Below, piece by piece: positions 36,931 to 50,319 of a DNA stretch of 64,000 bases. This stretch comes from Mobula birostris (Eukaryota). Numbering within the stretch: the stretch's first letter is position 1; each line of letters begins with the position of its first letter. Position numbers and translations under genes: made by a program. The notes beneath the pieces were generated by a model, which saw only the letters and a list, made by a program, of their open reading frames with translations, was not told the DNA's origin and searched no databases. The stretch lies in the NCBI RefSeq assembly GCF_030028105.1, contig NC_092380.1, forward strand, positions 69,871,717-69,935,716, in the 5' to 3' direction.

Positions 36931-39065
36931 AGGCAGTGATAGTAATGTGATAGAATTCACCATGCAGTTCGATTAAGTCAGGTGTACCAGTATTACAGTG
37001 GAATAAAGGGAATTCATTGAAGATGTACCTAGCAGGATAGATAAAGGAGAGTCAGTGGATGTTGTTTTATTTGGATTTTCAAAAGGCCTTTGACAAGGTG
37101 CTGAATATAAGGCTGCTTAATAAGGTAAGATCCCATGATATTACAGGGAAAAATACTAGCATAGATAGAAAATTGGTTGACTGCAAGGAGGCGGAGAATG
37201 GGAATGGGTCTTTTCTAGTTGGCTGCTGGTGACTAGTGTTGTTCTGCAAGGGACAGTGTTGGGACCATTTTTTTCACCTTATATGTCAATAATTTGAATT
37301 ATGGAATTGATGGCTTTGTGGCCAGTTCTGTGGATGATACAAAGATAGGTGGAGTGGCAGGCAGTGTTGATGAAGCAGGGAGTTTGCAGAAGGACAGACA
37401 GATTGGGAGAATGGGCAAAGAAGTGTCAGATTGAATATGGTGTAGGGAGGTGTATGGTCATGCACTTTGGTAGAAGGAATGAAGGCATAGACTAGTTTCT
37501 AAATGGGGAGAAAATTCAAAATCAGAGGTGCAAAGGAACTTGGGAGTCCCTATGCAGGATTGCCTAAAGGTTAACTAGCAGGTTGAGTCAGTGGTAAGGA
37601 AGGCAAATGCAATGTTAACATTCATTTTGAAAGGGCTGAAATATAAGAGCAAGGATGTAATACTGAAGCTTTATAAGGCATTAGTCAGACCACACTTGGA
37701 GTATTGTGAGCAGTTTTGTGTCCCTTATCTAAGAAAAGATGTGCTGGCATTGGCGAGAGTCCAGAGGAGGTTCACGAGAATGATTCTGTGAATGAGGGGG
37801 TTAACATATGAGGAGTTTTTGATAGCTCTATGCATGTACCTCCTGGAGTTTAGAAGAATGGGGGGGTGGGATCTCATTGAAACCTATTGAATATTGAAAG
37901 GTCTGGATAGAGTGGATATGGGGAGGATATTTCCTATTGTGGGTGAGTCCAGGACCAGAGGGTAGAGGATCAGAATAGAGGGACGTCCTTTTAGAGCAGA
38001 GATGAGGAGGACTTTCTTTAGCCAGAGGGTAGTGAATCTATAGAATTCATTACAACTGATGGCTATGGAGGCTAAGTCATTGAGTATATTTAATGCAGAG
38101 GGTGATAAGTTCTTGATTAGTCAGGGTGTCACAGGTTATAGGGAGAGGGCAGGAGAATACTTTATACTTTTATACTTTATTGTCGCCAAACAATTGATAC
38201 CAGAACGTACAATCATCACAGCGATATTTGATTCTGCGCTTCCTGCTCCCTGGATTACAAATCGAGAGTAAATATTAAAAATTTAAATTATAAATCATAA
38301 ATAGAAAATAGAAAAATGGAAAGTAAGGTAGTGCAAAAACACTGAGGCAGGTCTGGATATTTGGAAGGTATGGTCCAGATCCGGGTCAGGATCTGTTCAG
38401 CAATCTTATCACAGTTGGAAAGAAGCTGTTCCCAAATCTGGCCGTATGAGTCTTCAAGCTCCTGAGCCTTCTCCCGGAGGGATGAGGGACAGAAAGTGTG
38501 TTGGCTGGGTGGGTCGTGTCCTTAATTATCCTGGCAGCACTGCTCTGTCAGCGTGCGGTGTAAAGTGAGTCCAAGGACGGAAGATTGGTTTGTGTGATGT
38601 GCTGTGCCATATTCACGATCTTCTGCAGCTTATTCTGGTCTTGGACAGGACAACTTCCATACCACGTTGTGATGCACCCTAGAAGAATGCTTTCTACGGT
38701 GCATCTATAAAAATTAGAGGGAGTTTTAGGGGACAGGCCAAATTTCTTTAGTTTTCTCAAGAAGTAAAGGCGCTGGCGGGCCTTCTTGGCAGTGGACTCT
38801 GCTTGGTTGGACCAAGTCAGGTCATTTGTGATATTGACCCCGAGGAACTTAAAGCTTTTGACCTGTTCCACTTGCGCACCACCGATGTAAATTGGGTCGT
38901 GCAGTCTACTACTCCTTCTGAAGTCAACAACCAATTCTTTCGTCTTGCTGACGTTGAGGGATAGGTTATTGAAGGAATAAGATTGAGAGGGATAATAAAT
39001 CAGCCATGATGGAATGGTGCAGCAAATTTAATAGGCCAGTGGCCTAATTCTGCTCCTATGTCTTG
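36931..39065 (+). mobile_element. CR1 LINE (+) inserted in the CR1 (-)
   Basis: LDFQKAFDKV and VRKANAML..LYKALVRPHLEYC; 3' tail at ~38975-39065. Confidence 0.85.
38158..38970 (-). mobile_element. Rex1/Babar LINE 3' fragment, relatively young
   Basis: ORF 38548-38934 VVDFRR..FKFLGV..KKARQRLYFLRKLKKFGLSPK..FYRCTVESIL; (ACTTTAT)n tail. Confidence 0.88.
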
Positions 39066-40029
39066 TTTAGAAAATAGTCTGCATCTTTATTCTTTGTGCC
39101 AAAGTTCATGATCATACACTATCTAAGTGATATTCCATTCTCCACTTCTTTGCCCATTCTTCCAACCTGTCCAATTCCTCACGCAGACTCCCTGCTTCTT
39201 CAACGCCAACTGTCCCTCCATTGATCTTAGTAGCATCCAAAAATTTGACTAAAAAACCACTAATTCTATCATCCAGATCAATAACATATATTGTGAAAAG
39301 CAACTGACCAAACACTCAGCCCTGAGAAACATCACTGTTCACTGGCAGACAACCACAAAAGGCGCCCCTTTCTTCCCACTCTTTGCCTTTTGCCAGTCAG
39401 CCGTTCTAACAATGGGTATTCAATACCATGGGTATTTATCTTGTTTAACAGCCTCATGTGGCACATTTTCAAAGGTCTTCTGAAAATCCTAGTGAACAAC
39501 TCTCCTTTGTCCATTCACACTTGCTACTTCCTCAAAGAGTTATAACAGATTTGCCAGGCAAGATCTCCACTTAAGGAAACCATGATCACTTAGCCCTGTT
39601 ATAGGACTGGTGTGTTGCTGAGAGCATGGAAACCAGGGCCCCTGTGTGTTAATGGGAGTGGAAGTTAGCATCCAAGTGGCTAGGTGCCAAACCAAAGGAT
39701 TAATGACCAATGGGATAACTGATTTATGGGGTTTTCCTGACTCCTTCTTCCTCAAGGAAAATAAGAAAACCTTTAAATGGTATTAGTAGAATCATACTTC
39801 CAGAAGAACTAAATTCAAATTGAACACTGGCAAAATGTACATGCCAAACTTCCTGGAACTTTTACGTTGGATGTTTGGGTTTTTGTAAATTCTCACATCT
39901 CCTGTTTTCTCATCAGTAAGTTAAATAAATTAATGATGTATTTTGTCAGCAAAACAAAATCTGACACTTTATGCTTCACAAGAATATTCAGTGAATGCTA
40001 CCAGTTCAATGCCTGTCCATTTTGGCAAC

Positions 40030-41207
40030 TGTTAAGTACTCAGCAATAGTGGCACTGAATCAGAACTCTTCACTGTCAAGTCAGGAGTCAAACAGGTCTG
40101 CATCATTGCACCCACCCAATTTGCCAACTTAATTGCTGTCACCTCAGTGGTCAAAAACTGCCACAGGGGATCATAACTGTGTGTAGAATTTTTTAACCTC
40201 AAGGCCAAGAACTAGGTCAGCACCACCTCTATCGTGGAGCTTCAGTATGCAGAGGACAAGGCCATTGTAGTGCACTCTGAAGACCACCATTGTATCCTGA
40301 ATGCCTTTGCCAAGGTATATAGAGTCCTAGGTCTTGTTTTGAATGTAAAAAAGACACAGTTCCTATATCAGCTACCATCCAGCCTCCACAAAAGTTGATG
40401 ATATCGCCCTTGAAAACGTTGTTCACTTTCCCTACCTTCGCAGCATTCTCTCCTCAAAAGCAGGCAGTGAGTCAGAGATCAAACGCCGCCTGATTAGTAC
40501 TAATGAAGCCTATGCAGGATTAAAGATAAGAGTCTTTGAAGACTGCAACCTACAGATCTAAACAAAACTTCTGGTCTACAGAGCAGTTTGTCCTTCCTAT
40601 ATTTTTGTATGGAGCTGAGTTGTGGACCACTGACAGTAGACACCTGAAAGCCATGGTAGAATACCACCAAGGTACCTTACAAAAGACTTTGAGGATCAGC
40701 TGAAAGGACAGGCGCACTAACACAAGCGTACTGGAGGAGACCAACATTAACAGTATTCCCACGTGATAAAACAACCGCAACTCTGATGTCATTTGGATGC
40801 CTAACTCAGATCCTTTACTCCCAGTTGAAGGAAGGTCAGCGTGCTCCTGGTGGGCAAAGGAAATGTTTCAAAGATAACATCAAAATCATCCTGAAGAAAT
40901 TCAGTGCTACATCTAAAAACTGGGAAGACACCACACTCAATAGATGCACCTGGAGGAAATCTGTTGAAGAGGGAGCTGCACTACACGAGAGCGACCTCCA
41001 CTATGCCACAGAGAATAAGCGCTTGCTGCAAGAGGATGAACAACCAAAATACCCAACCACTAATCACAGCTCCCTCTTACTTTTGTCCACACTGCAGCAG
41101 AATATGTATATTGATCCCAGAGCAGCCTCTACAGCCACCTGGGGACCTACCAATGGACAACCCCTGAGGAGAATTTCTTACTAGTCTCGAGTGATCACAC
41201 TACTACT
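40030..41207 (+). mobile_element. RTE-clade (BovB-like) LINE fragment
   Basis: FTVKSGVKQVCIIAPT, IVELQYAED, HFPYLRS, LYSQLKEGQRAPGGQRKCFKDNIK; (CTA)n tail. Confidence 0.82.
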
Positions 41208-43129
41208 TTTAAGATATGAGACTTTATTTATGCTTATTTAAACTGTGTAATTACCAACATATCCTTTCTGTTCCATGAGGCTAACTATGGCTATTGTTAA
41301 TTTGAGTCCTCCAGAGCCTCAGTTGTGAACGATTGATAAAAATAACCACTGACTGCATATGTGAAGACTTCCATTGCTGAGCATTATAAAAGCAATTAGA
41401 TGTGTAGTTTAAAGACTAACAAATTATTTTTACTTGTGTAAAAGAGACTCTCCAATATCATTATGAGAAATGGAAAAATGAATATTCTGGTGCCTATTTA
41501 TAGGAAATAGTGTCGGGAAAGCTCAGCAGAGCTATACTTTTCCTGGTTGTTGAACAATCATCAAGCTTAGGACAGCTGATGAAGATCACGTTCCAATAAT
41601 ATAGTGTCTCCACTCAACTTAGCATCAGCAGATTCCAGTTAATTGGCATTCCAGTAGCAAGCAGCTGCTGTGAAACTTTATCTTGTTTTCACATTTGCAA
41701 TCTGAGAGTGGATTTTAACTTTCAACAGTGGTGAAACCAGACAGTGGAGGGTATGTTATTCATTACATGCTCCACAAGTGAGGCTATTCAGTATTAGGCT
41801 TGTTGTACGAAAGGCAGCTAAATCATTATTGACCACTTTCTATGGTAGCTCTTCAGTGTTACACAGAAATAAAAACTATTACATTTAATATATTTGTGCT
41901 TCATGCACATCAGATGTCCAAATCATTTTGAGCTGCTTGCAGATTGTTATTTTATTGATATGCATTTTGTCAATAACTAGAAACATTCTTGTAAATCAGC
42001 AAATGAGCCGTTCTTTATCTTGAACTTAATCTGTGAACATTGTCAAGCATGAAGGTCATGTCACATTCATCTCCAGGCTGGTTATTAATAATATTCGCTA
42101 GATATCTCACACAGAATGCTTGATAATATTTTCTTGAGGCCAACAGATGAATTGTACTTGGCTACATATTAGAGACCAGCATAAGCCAGGTAAAGTTTGA
42201 CATCTCTCCTCTAATCCTGACACAATGCATGAACGACCTCTTTCCACGCTGTGTCACTCTACCTCGGTAATTCAATAAGCAAGCTTAACTCTGGAATTGA
42301 ATGTAAATCCAGTTTGTCTCTCTACTTACTTCAACAATATGTTGCACTTTTTAAGAACTGGAGAAAGAAAGGAAACGTTCTGTCCATGGCGTAAACCAAG
42401 CCATTCTTGGTTGATGCCAGTGTCTGACCCAGCAGGTACAGAAATCCTCCTCACTAACAGCTGGGGGCATGCTAAAATGGGAAGAACAATCTTGCAGGTA
42501 GGTCAAGCAAAAGTCTGATATTCCTATCATAGTTTGTCACAATTTCGTCTTCCACCCTGCCTATTTTCTATTCCATTGTGATAGAATAGTGACAGTGGTA
42601 TGCGGTCTTGAAGCAGTGGCAGCTATTTGCATACGCTCGATGTCCCATTACTTTGAATCAAATGGTAACAGATCAAGAAAACGGTTTGGTGATCCCCATC
42701 TCCGTTTGCTGGTGAATCCCCACTCTTTCATGCTGAAAATTATTTGCATTAAACAGCGAGGTTCACACAAGGGCACAGAAAGAACTTGGTGGAGAGCTCC
42801 TGTGTGAAGTGAATCATTGTGAAGTCAAAGACGCTTCTCTCACTCAGGATTTTAGCCTTTTGCCTTGCCCCTCCTTTTTCCTGGGTATGTAAAGGCACAG
42901 ATACAGATCAGGCAGCTCAAACTGGGTATCTGTGAGTGATCTTCCGTTGTAAATGTGTTCTATGTCTAAATCAAATTTATTGACAAGCAAGAAGAACGCA
43001 CACAATACATCTTATACTGAGCTGCTGAATTAATAATGTCACACTGCATATATGATAAACTGTTGTCGGAATATTTTAGAGTTAAGCAGTTCCTTAACTG
43101 ACAAATCAGATCTGATATCCTGTCATGTC

Positions 43130-45550
43130 CCATCATGGGTATTGATGGAAATTAAGAACCTGATAGAAGAGGCTTCAACAGCATCTCTGTCCTCAATATT
43201 GGCATGTAGTTGCAAATGCCAAACAAAAACATTCTTAAGCATCTTCAACAAGAAATGTCAGGTGAAAAATCCAGCTCACTTCTCCTGATACCCCACCATC
43301 ACAGATGTAAGTCATCAGCCATTTTGATTAAAACCACATTATATTAAAATCCTGCTGAATTTATGAGAAAATTAATGATTTCAAAAACTTCTGGATATAG
43401 TGCTGAAGACTAGAATCTCATATCAGCCCTGCTTAAAATTCCAGCCAAATTGTCTACTTAGCAATTTATCAGTGCCTCTAACTAACATAGCTGAATTTCT
43501 CAGGCAAATCCAACCCAAATCCAATTCCGTCCATTATAATTCCTTCTCTACCATTCTTACTCATCAGCATAGTGATGGTGGGTGCAGTTGAGAATGCAGT
43601 AAAGTCACACTTCTCAGTTGCCTAAAGATTGATTCCCAGTTGAACTCCAGCAGAATCACTTGTCCCCAGGCTTTGTCACAACCTTGATCCAATCCTGTCA
43701 AAAAGGTCCAGGTTCCAGAAGCAATTGAGAGCCAGTGTTGGAATCAGGGAATCCATGTGTAATTAAAGTCAGAAGGATTGAATTTTGTGCCTTCCTGCAA
43801 CCATAGCAATAAACAGAAATAACTTGTCTTGGTGCAGGTCATCCATCTCAGCCCCAAGTCATTGCTGCAGGAGTCTCTCAGCACAGAGAGAGTGCTGCAC
43901 AAATGACTTCTCTCCCATCATGGAGTAAGATGCTTTACTGATAATTGCAATGCATAATTCTTAACTAACAAAATTGTCAGGATTTATAAACATCATTTGG
44001 ACTTGGGTTAATAACTGAGAAATAAGTTACATCACATATGCCGATGAAACTGGCAGTCTGCAACATCAGAGGATCTCACTACTCACTCATTGTTCATTGA
44101 CATTGAATCCCCAGCGTCATTGAAGGTAGTGAAAAGGGGAAGGCAAAGTCACTACGAACTGGCCAGAAACTTAAGAATCAGATTCAGATTCAGATTCATG
44201 TTGCCACGCCGTCTAGCACCAACACAGCATGTCCACAGTGTTCAGCAGGACAACAGAGTAGGACAGGTACTTTTCTGCCTTTACCACCCACTCAAACACA
44301 CAGACCGGCCTCCAAACCCAGGACTAACCACCTCTGGGCCTCCAGCCTCCAGTGGACTCATGAACTTGCAGACCTCGGGCTTCAGCCATTGAACATCGGA
44401 CTTCCAAATTCATTGACTTTGGTCTTCAACCTTAGGGCTTTGATCTTCAGTATTGACTCCAGGATTCACTGATGACAGAACCCTGAACTAAGGATTTACT
44501 GAACTAGCGAGTCACCAGCTTTTGCCACCTGCCCATACAGACCTTCAATCACAGGGCCCATGTACCTTGGGGTGGGGTGGGGGGGGGGTTGCTCACTGAC
44601 CTGGAGGGGATCATCAGCCCTCATCCTTGCTGACAATTCACAGCGCTTGTGATCCAACATTAGTCCACAGGGATCCTTGGCCTTCGAGCACAGAGGAGAG
44701 GCCTAGACTCTGGCCTGACCTCTAATTGCCCCACTTCTCTGTTCCTAAACCTTAACTTGACCTCTAACTCCCTGCTCACTCTTCTCCCAAAACCATCTCT
44801 ACAGATCTAAAATACAACTCAGTCTGAGCCTGATTTCAATGACTATAGGAATGAGTCACCACAACACCACTAACTGGCGGTCATAAAAATCCATCTGGTT
44901 CACAAACATCATTCAAGGAAAGGAAGTATGCAATACTGACCCAAGCTAGCCTATGTGTGAGTTTACATCCACCACTGCAGTTGATTCTTGTCTGTCTTCT
45001 CAATTCCGGGCATTTAGGGATGCCAGCAATGTCCATGAATGAATCAGAAAGAGAAATAAATTGGGGCCTGGATAATGCGCACCTCTTCATTACTTAAACG
45101 TTTCCATTACTTCCAATGCATGATTTGATGGCATATATTGCAGTGCTATTCAGTAACATGATAAAGCAGCATATTTCAGAATTCCACAGTCTCGTTCACT
45201 ACCTCCATCACCACTACAGTATAGTTATTGTATTTACCATGTACAAAATGCATTGGGGCAACTTGCCAAATCTTTAGCAGCACCTCTCACAACTCCGCCA
45301 GCTAGACTACAAGAGCAGCAGTGAAATGTACAGTGTGTATCATCACTTGTTTGCCTCCAAGCCTCGTGTTATCATGGCTTGCCCATTTCTTCAAATCAGA
45401 GCATTGGAATCCTGGGATTCAATGTCCGCAGCACTATGGGAATACCTTCATCAAATTGCCTGAAACATTACATGAAAGGCTTCATCAACTCCTTTTCTTG
45501 GTGAGTTAGGAATGGGCAATAAAAGTTGGCCTTACCAGGGATGACTATAC
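43130..45550 (+). mobile_element. Ancient, heavily decayed CR1/L2-group LINE with internal insertions
   Basis: Degenerate KSNP..S..SK and AGVSQ motifs; 3' end gttaggaatgggcaataaaagttggcctt. An unclassified repeat (~44175-44820) and a SINE (~44875-45050) lie inside. Confidence 0.5.
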
Positions 45551-46164
45551 TCTGTAGATAAATTTTTAAAATCTTCTGTGAAAGAAAACTAGGATGAATA
45601 TGAGCACAAAAGCTATAAAACACTAGTCTGAAAGTCTTTCACCCACCACGTATGGTTTCACATCTTCGTTAAAAAGCTCTGATTTTCTTTATCCCCATTC
45701 CTCACATTTCAGCTGAGACATCTTCCATTCCATTGTCAATTAACATTTCAGATTACACCATCAACCGTCAAATATGGACTGGTCTCTAAATAGCATCAAA
45801 CATGTGTGAACAGGAATGCAGCTCCTTCTGATTTATAAATAATCTCCATTGTACTCCATGTTAGATTTACTTAAGCTTCCAAATTTAGTTCAGTTAACTT
45901 GGGATTCCATTCTTGTAATGAAATCATTGTCACCCCCCCTTCAACTTCATTAACAATAATGTTGTTGGAAGTGGTAATGACGGGTGCAAGATGAACAGGC
46001 TTGTTTTTTACTTTGAAATTATTATAGTAATCCATTGTTATTTTGATTAAAATGAAGTTATTTTTACATGAAAGTTGATATAACGGCAGATTTTTTCTAT
46101 CCTATTGTTGCAATGAAGAATTATTGTGACTCCTGTGTAAATTTTGTTTTTTTTCTGTTAACAG

Positions 46165-46299
46165 ATCATTGTAGGTGTGTTTCTTCTCTATTACCTCCTT
46201 GGAATTAGTGCCTTAATTGGAGCAACAGTAATTGCATTGTTGGCCCCAGTCCAGTATTTTGTAGCAACCAAATTCTCTCAGGCCCAGAGAAGCACATTG
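46165..46299 (+). CDS. ABCC8: ABCC8/SUR1 coding exon (exon 9 equivalent; TM9); not in the ORF track
   Basis: ttttctgttaacag|ATC...TTG|gtgagt; 135 bp. [45 protein letters not shown]. Confidence 0.96.
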
Positions 46300-48618
46300 G
46301 TGAGTATTGCTTCACAAAATAATAACCCTGGAATAATTATTGGGTAAACCAATAATGTTCATTGGAATTAATTTGGTTCCTTTTGATCTCTTTAACACTC
46401 AAATATGCTACATTTCTCAATCAGGTGGACAAACATGTGACTTGCTCCCAGAGTTACATCATTGTTCTTAATGGATAGAGTACATGTGTGCTGCACAAAT
46501 TAGTCTTACTGCCAGTTCAAACATTATGACAAAAACATCTTCTAATTTCTGCTTTCCTCCTAATGATCCAAGCTCAAGTGGAATTTTTTTTTGTTGCAGC
46601 CAACTGGCTTGAGCTGTCCTAGTGTGTGACAAAATGATAGTGCGATAAACTCTCCTTATCTATAAATTGTGAGTTCATCTGAATAGATGTTCAAGACTGC
46701 GTGCATTATAGAGAATATTAGGATTTCATGGGTTATTGGGCCCTAACTGATTAAGACTTACATCAATGGAAAATTTGGAAAATGCTTTTCTAAATTTACA
46801 AATTTAGAAAATGTTTAAAAATGATTAAGTATGAGGAAGGTGCAATGTTCATGTGGTATGGGACCATAAAACATAGGAGCAGAATTAGGCCACTCAGCCC
46901 ATTGACTCTCCTTTGCAATTCCATCATGGCTGATGTATTATCCACCTCAACCCCATTCTCCTGTTGTCTCTCCATAACTTTTGATGTCCTGACTAACCAA
47001 GGACATATAAACATACTCAATGACTTGGCCCCCACAGCTATCCGTGGCATTGAATTCCAGAGGTTCATCACCATCTGGCTAAAAAAAAAAAATTCCTTCT
47101 CACCTCTGATGGATGTCTCTCTATTCTGAGGCTGCACCCTCTGATCTTAGCCTTCCCCGCTGTAGGAAGCATCCTCTCCACGTCCACTTTATCCAGACCT
47201 TGCAATATTCAATAGGCTGCAATGAGAACTCCAGCGAGTACAGGCCAGAGCCATCAAATGCTCCTCATAAGTTAGCCATGTCATTCCCAATATCATTATC
47301 AAGAAATGCCCTCGGATCCTCTCCAATGCCTGCACATCTTTTCCGAGACAAGGAGTTCAATACTGCTCACGATACTCCGAGTGAGGTCTGACCAATGCCT
47401 TAAAAAAGCCTCAGCATCACATCGTTGCTCTTATATTCTAGCCATTTCAAAATGAACGCTAAATTTGCATTTGCATCCTTACCTCTGACTCAATCTGAAA
47501 GTTAATATTTAGAGAATCCTACACAAGGACTTCCAAGTCCTTTTGCACCTCAGATTTTTGAATTTTCTTCCCATTTAGAAAATAGTGCATGCCTTTATTC
47601 CTTCTACCAAAGTGCATGACCTCACGCTTCCCTACACTATATTTCACCTGCCACTTCTTTGCCCATTCTCCCAATCCAACCAAATTCTCCGTCAGACACC
47701 CTGACCCTCCACCCCTCTTTGTATCTTTGTATCATCTGCAAACTTGGCCACAAAACCATCAATTCCATCATCCAACTTAATGACATATTATGTGAAAAGA
47801 AGCGGTCTCAATACCAACTCCTGCGGAACACCACTTGTCGCTGGTAGCCAACTAGAAAACGCCCCCTTTATTCCCACTTTATGCCTCCTGCCAGTAAGGC
47901 AATCTCCTAACCATGCTGGTATCTTCACTGTAAAAATACGGGCTTGTATCTTGTCAAGCAGCTTCATGGGCAGCACCTTGTCAAAGTCCTTCTGAAAATA
48001 TAAGTACACAACATCCACTGACTCTCCTTTGTCTGTCTTGCCTATTATTTCTTCAAATAACTCCTACAGGTTTGTCAGACAAGATTTCCCCAAGGAAACC
48101 TTACTGACTTTGGCCTTCTTTATCCTGCCCCTCCAAGTACCCGAAACCTCATCTACAACTTCCCAATCACTGAAGTCAGGTTAACTGGCCTGTACAGTAG
48201 TTTACTTTCTTCTGCCTGCCTCCCTTCTTACAGAGTGGAGTGATATTTGCAATTTTCCAGTCTTCCGAAACCATTCCAGAATCTAGTGATCCTTGAAAGA
48301 TCATTTCTAATGCCTACAATCTCTTCGGCTACATCTATCAGAACACCAAGGTGTAGTCCATCAGGGCCAGGTAACTTATCTACCTCTAGACCTTACAGCT
48401 TCACAAGCACCTTTAACTTAGTAGTAGCAACTACACTCACTTCAGCCCCCTGACACTCTCGCCCACTCTCGAGTGTCTGGCGCAATGCTAGTGTCTTCCA
48501 CAGTGAAGACAGACACAAAATACTTATTAAATTCATCCACCATTTCCTTGTCCCCCATTACTACTTTCCAGTGTCATTTTCCAGCATTCTGATATCCACT
48601 CTCACCTCTCTTGTATTC

Positions 48619-48998
48619 TTTCCAGCATCTGCAGAATTCCTGTTGTTTGCATTTTAAAATTCACTACTGCGAAGCCTCTTCCGGTGATGCCTACACCGAA
48701 GAAGTTTAGATCCTCTCTTCAACGGGAGCTCAGTGAAACCATCTCTCACTGCTCCCCATCTGTAATTTCTTCGGCTCTTCAACTTTTCGACCACATTTTG
48801 ATCATATTGGATCTCCGCCTCCCCCTCCCACTTTCAAATCTCTTACTAACTCTTCTTTCAGTTAGTCCTGACGAAGGGTCTCGGCCTGAAACGTCGACTG
48901 TACCTCTTCCTAGAGATGCTGCCTGGCCTGCTGCGTTCAACAGCAACTTTGATGTGTGTTGCTTGAATTTCCAGCATCTGCAGAATTCCTGTTGTTTG
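48619..48998 (+). mobile_element. Non-autonomous Penelope-derived / retrozyme-like insertion with terminal direct repeats
   Basis: 31-bp perfect direct repeat tttccagcatctgcagaattcctgttgtttg (48619-48649 / 48968-48998). Flanking duplication ttgtattctt (48611-48620 / 48996-49005). Confidence 0.85.
48863..48900 (+). ncRNA. Minimal type I hammerhead ribozyme motif
   Basis: TAGTC CTGACGA A GGGT CTCG GCCT GAAAC GTC GACTG. Confidence 0.75.
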
Positions 48999-50319
48999 TA
49001 TTCTTCGTATGTCTGAAAAAAACTCTTGGTATTGTTTTTGATATTTTGTCTTTTCTCTCATTATGTTTGTTTTTAACTTGCCTTCTGTTGGTTTTTAAAA
49101 ACTTCCTAATCCTCTACCTTCCCACTAATTTTTGCTATATTATTTGCCCTCTCTTTTACTTGAATGCTGTCTATGACTTCCCTCGTCAACTACAGTAGCC
49201 TCATCCTCCCTTTAGAATACTACATCATTTTGGAACGTGTTGATCCTGCACTTTCTGAATTGCTCCGCAGAAACTCCAGCCATTTTGTTCTCTTGTCATC
49301 TTTGCTAGTGTCCCCTTCCAATCAACTTTGGCCAGCTCCTCGCTCGTACTTCTTTAATTCCTTTTACTCCACTGTAATACTGATACAACTGACCTTGTCT
49401 TCTGCCTCTCAAACTCCAGGGTGAATTCTATCATTTAAAACCACTGCCTACCAGGGGTTCCTTACTTTAAGCTCCCTAATCAAATCTGGTACATTGCACA
49501 GTACCCAATCCAGAATTGCCTTTCTCCGAGTGGGCTTAACTATAAGCTGCTCTAAAAAGCCACCTTGATGCATTCCACAAATTCCTTCTCTAGGGATCTA
49601 GCACCAACCTGATTTTCCCAACTCACCTCCATATTGAAATCCCTCATGAATAACATAATATTGCCCTTATTACATGACTTTCTATTTGTAATTGTAATTT
49701 ATAGCCTATATCCTGGCTACTGTTTGGGGGCCTGTATATAACTCCCATCAGGGTCTTTTTGTCCTTGTAGTTTCTTAACTTTACCCACAAGGATTCTTCA
49801 TCTTCTGATCCTTTGTCACCTCTTTCATTTTTTACCAACAGAGCCACCCTACCCCCTCTGTCTGTCCTTTCAATACAAGTTATGTCCTTGGATGTTAAAC
49901 TTCCAACTGTGATCTTCTTTCAACCACATTTCAGTAAAGCCCACAACATCATAAGTGCCAATCTCTAGCTGCGCTACACGATCATCTGTCTTATTCGATA
50001 TACTGTGTGCATTTAAGTATCCATATACTGTGTGCATTCAAATACAACACCTTCGGTCCTTTATTCATCACCCTTTTCGATTTTGCCCCCATGTTACATT
50101 TCACTTCATCCCACTGAAAACAATTTTCCCCTATCATCTTCCTGTCCTACCATGTGTAGTAGCATCCATAATTCTTTCCATAGGATGTCATGGAGTTAAG
50201 GCATCATATAGGACAGAAACAGGTTTTTCAGCCAAACATGAAGCACCTTTCTACACTGCACCAGTCCCATTTTACTCCTTCCACATCCTCAAAAACCTCC
50301 CATAAATTCTATCACTCAA

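Larger units (their letters stand above)
35428..39600 (-). mobile_element. CR1 LINE (- strand) split by several nested insertions
   Basis: Collinear pieces at ~35428-35600, 36137-36309, 36528-36930 and 39066-39600 match the reverse complement of the CR1 3' half. Confidence 0.8.
46862..50140 (-). mobile_element. CR1 LINE (- strand), ~3.2 kb, including endonuclease region
   Basis: ESLWVKLRN..MGVIYRPPNS (APE), DVVYLYFQKDFDKV..SGVPQELVLRPLLF (RT), 3' tail at ~46862. Confidence 0.9.
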
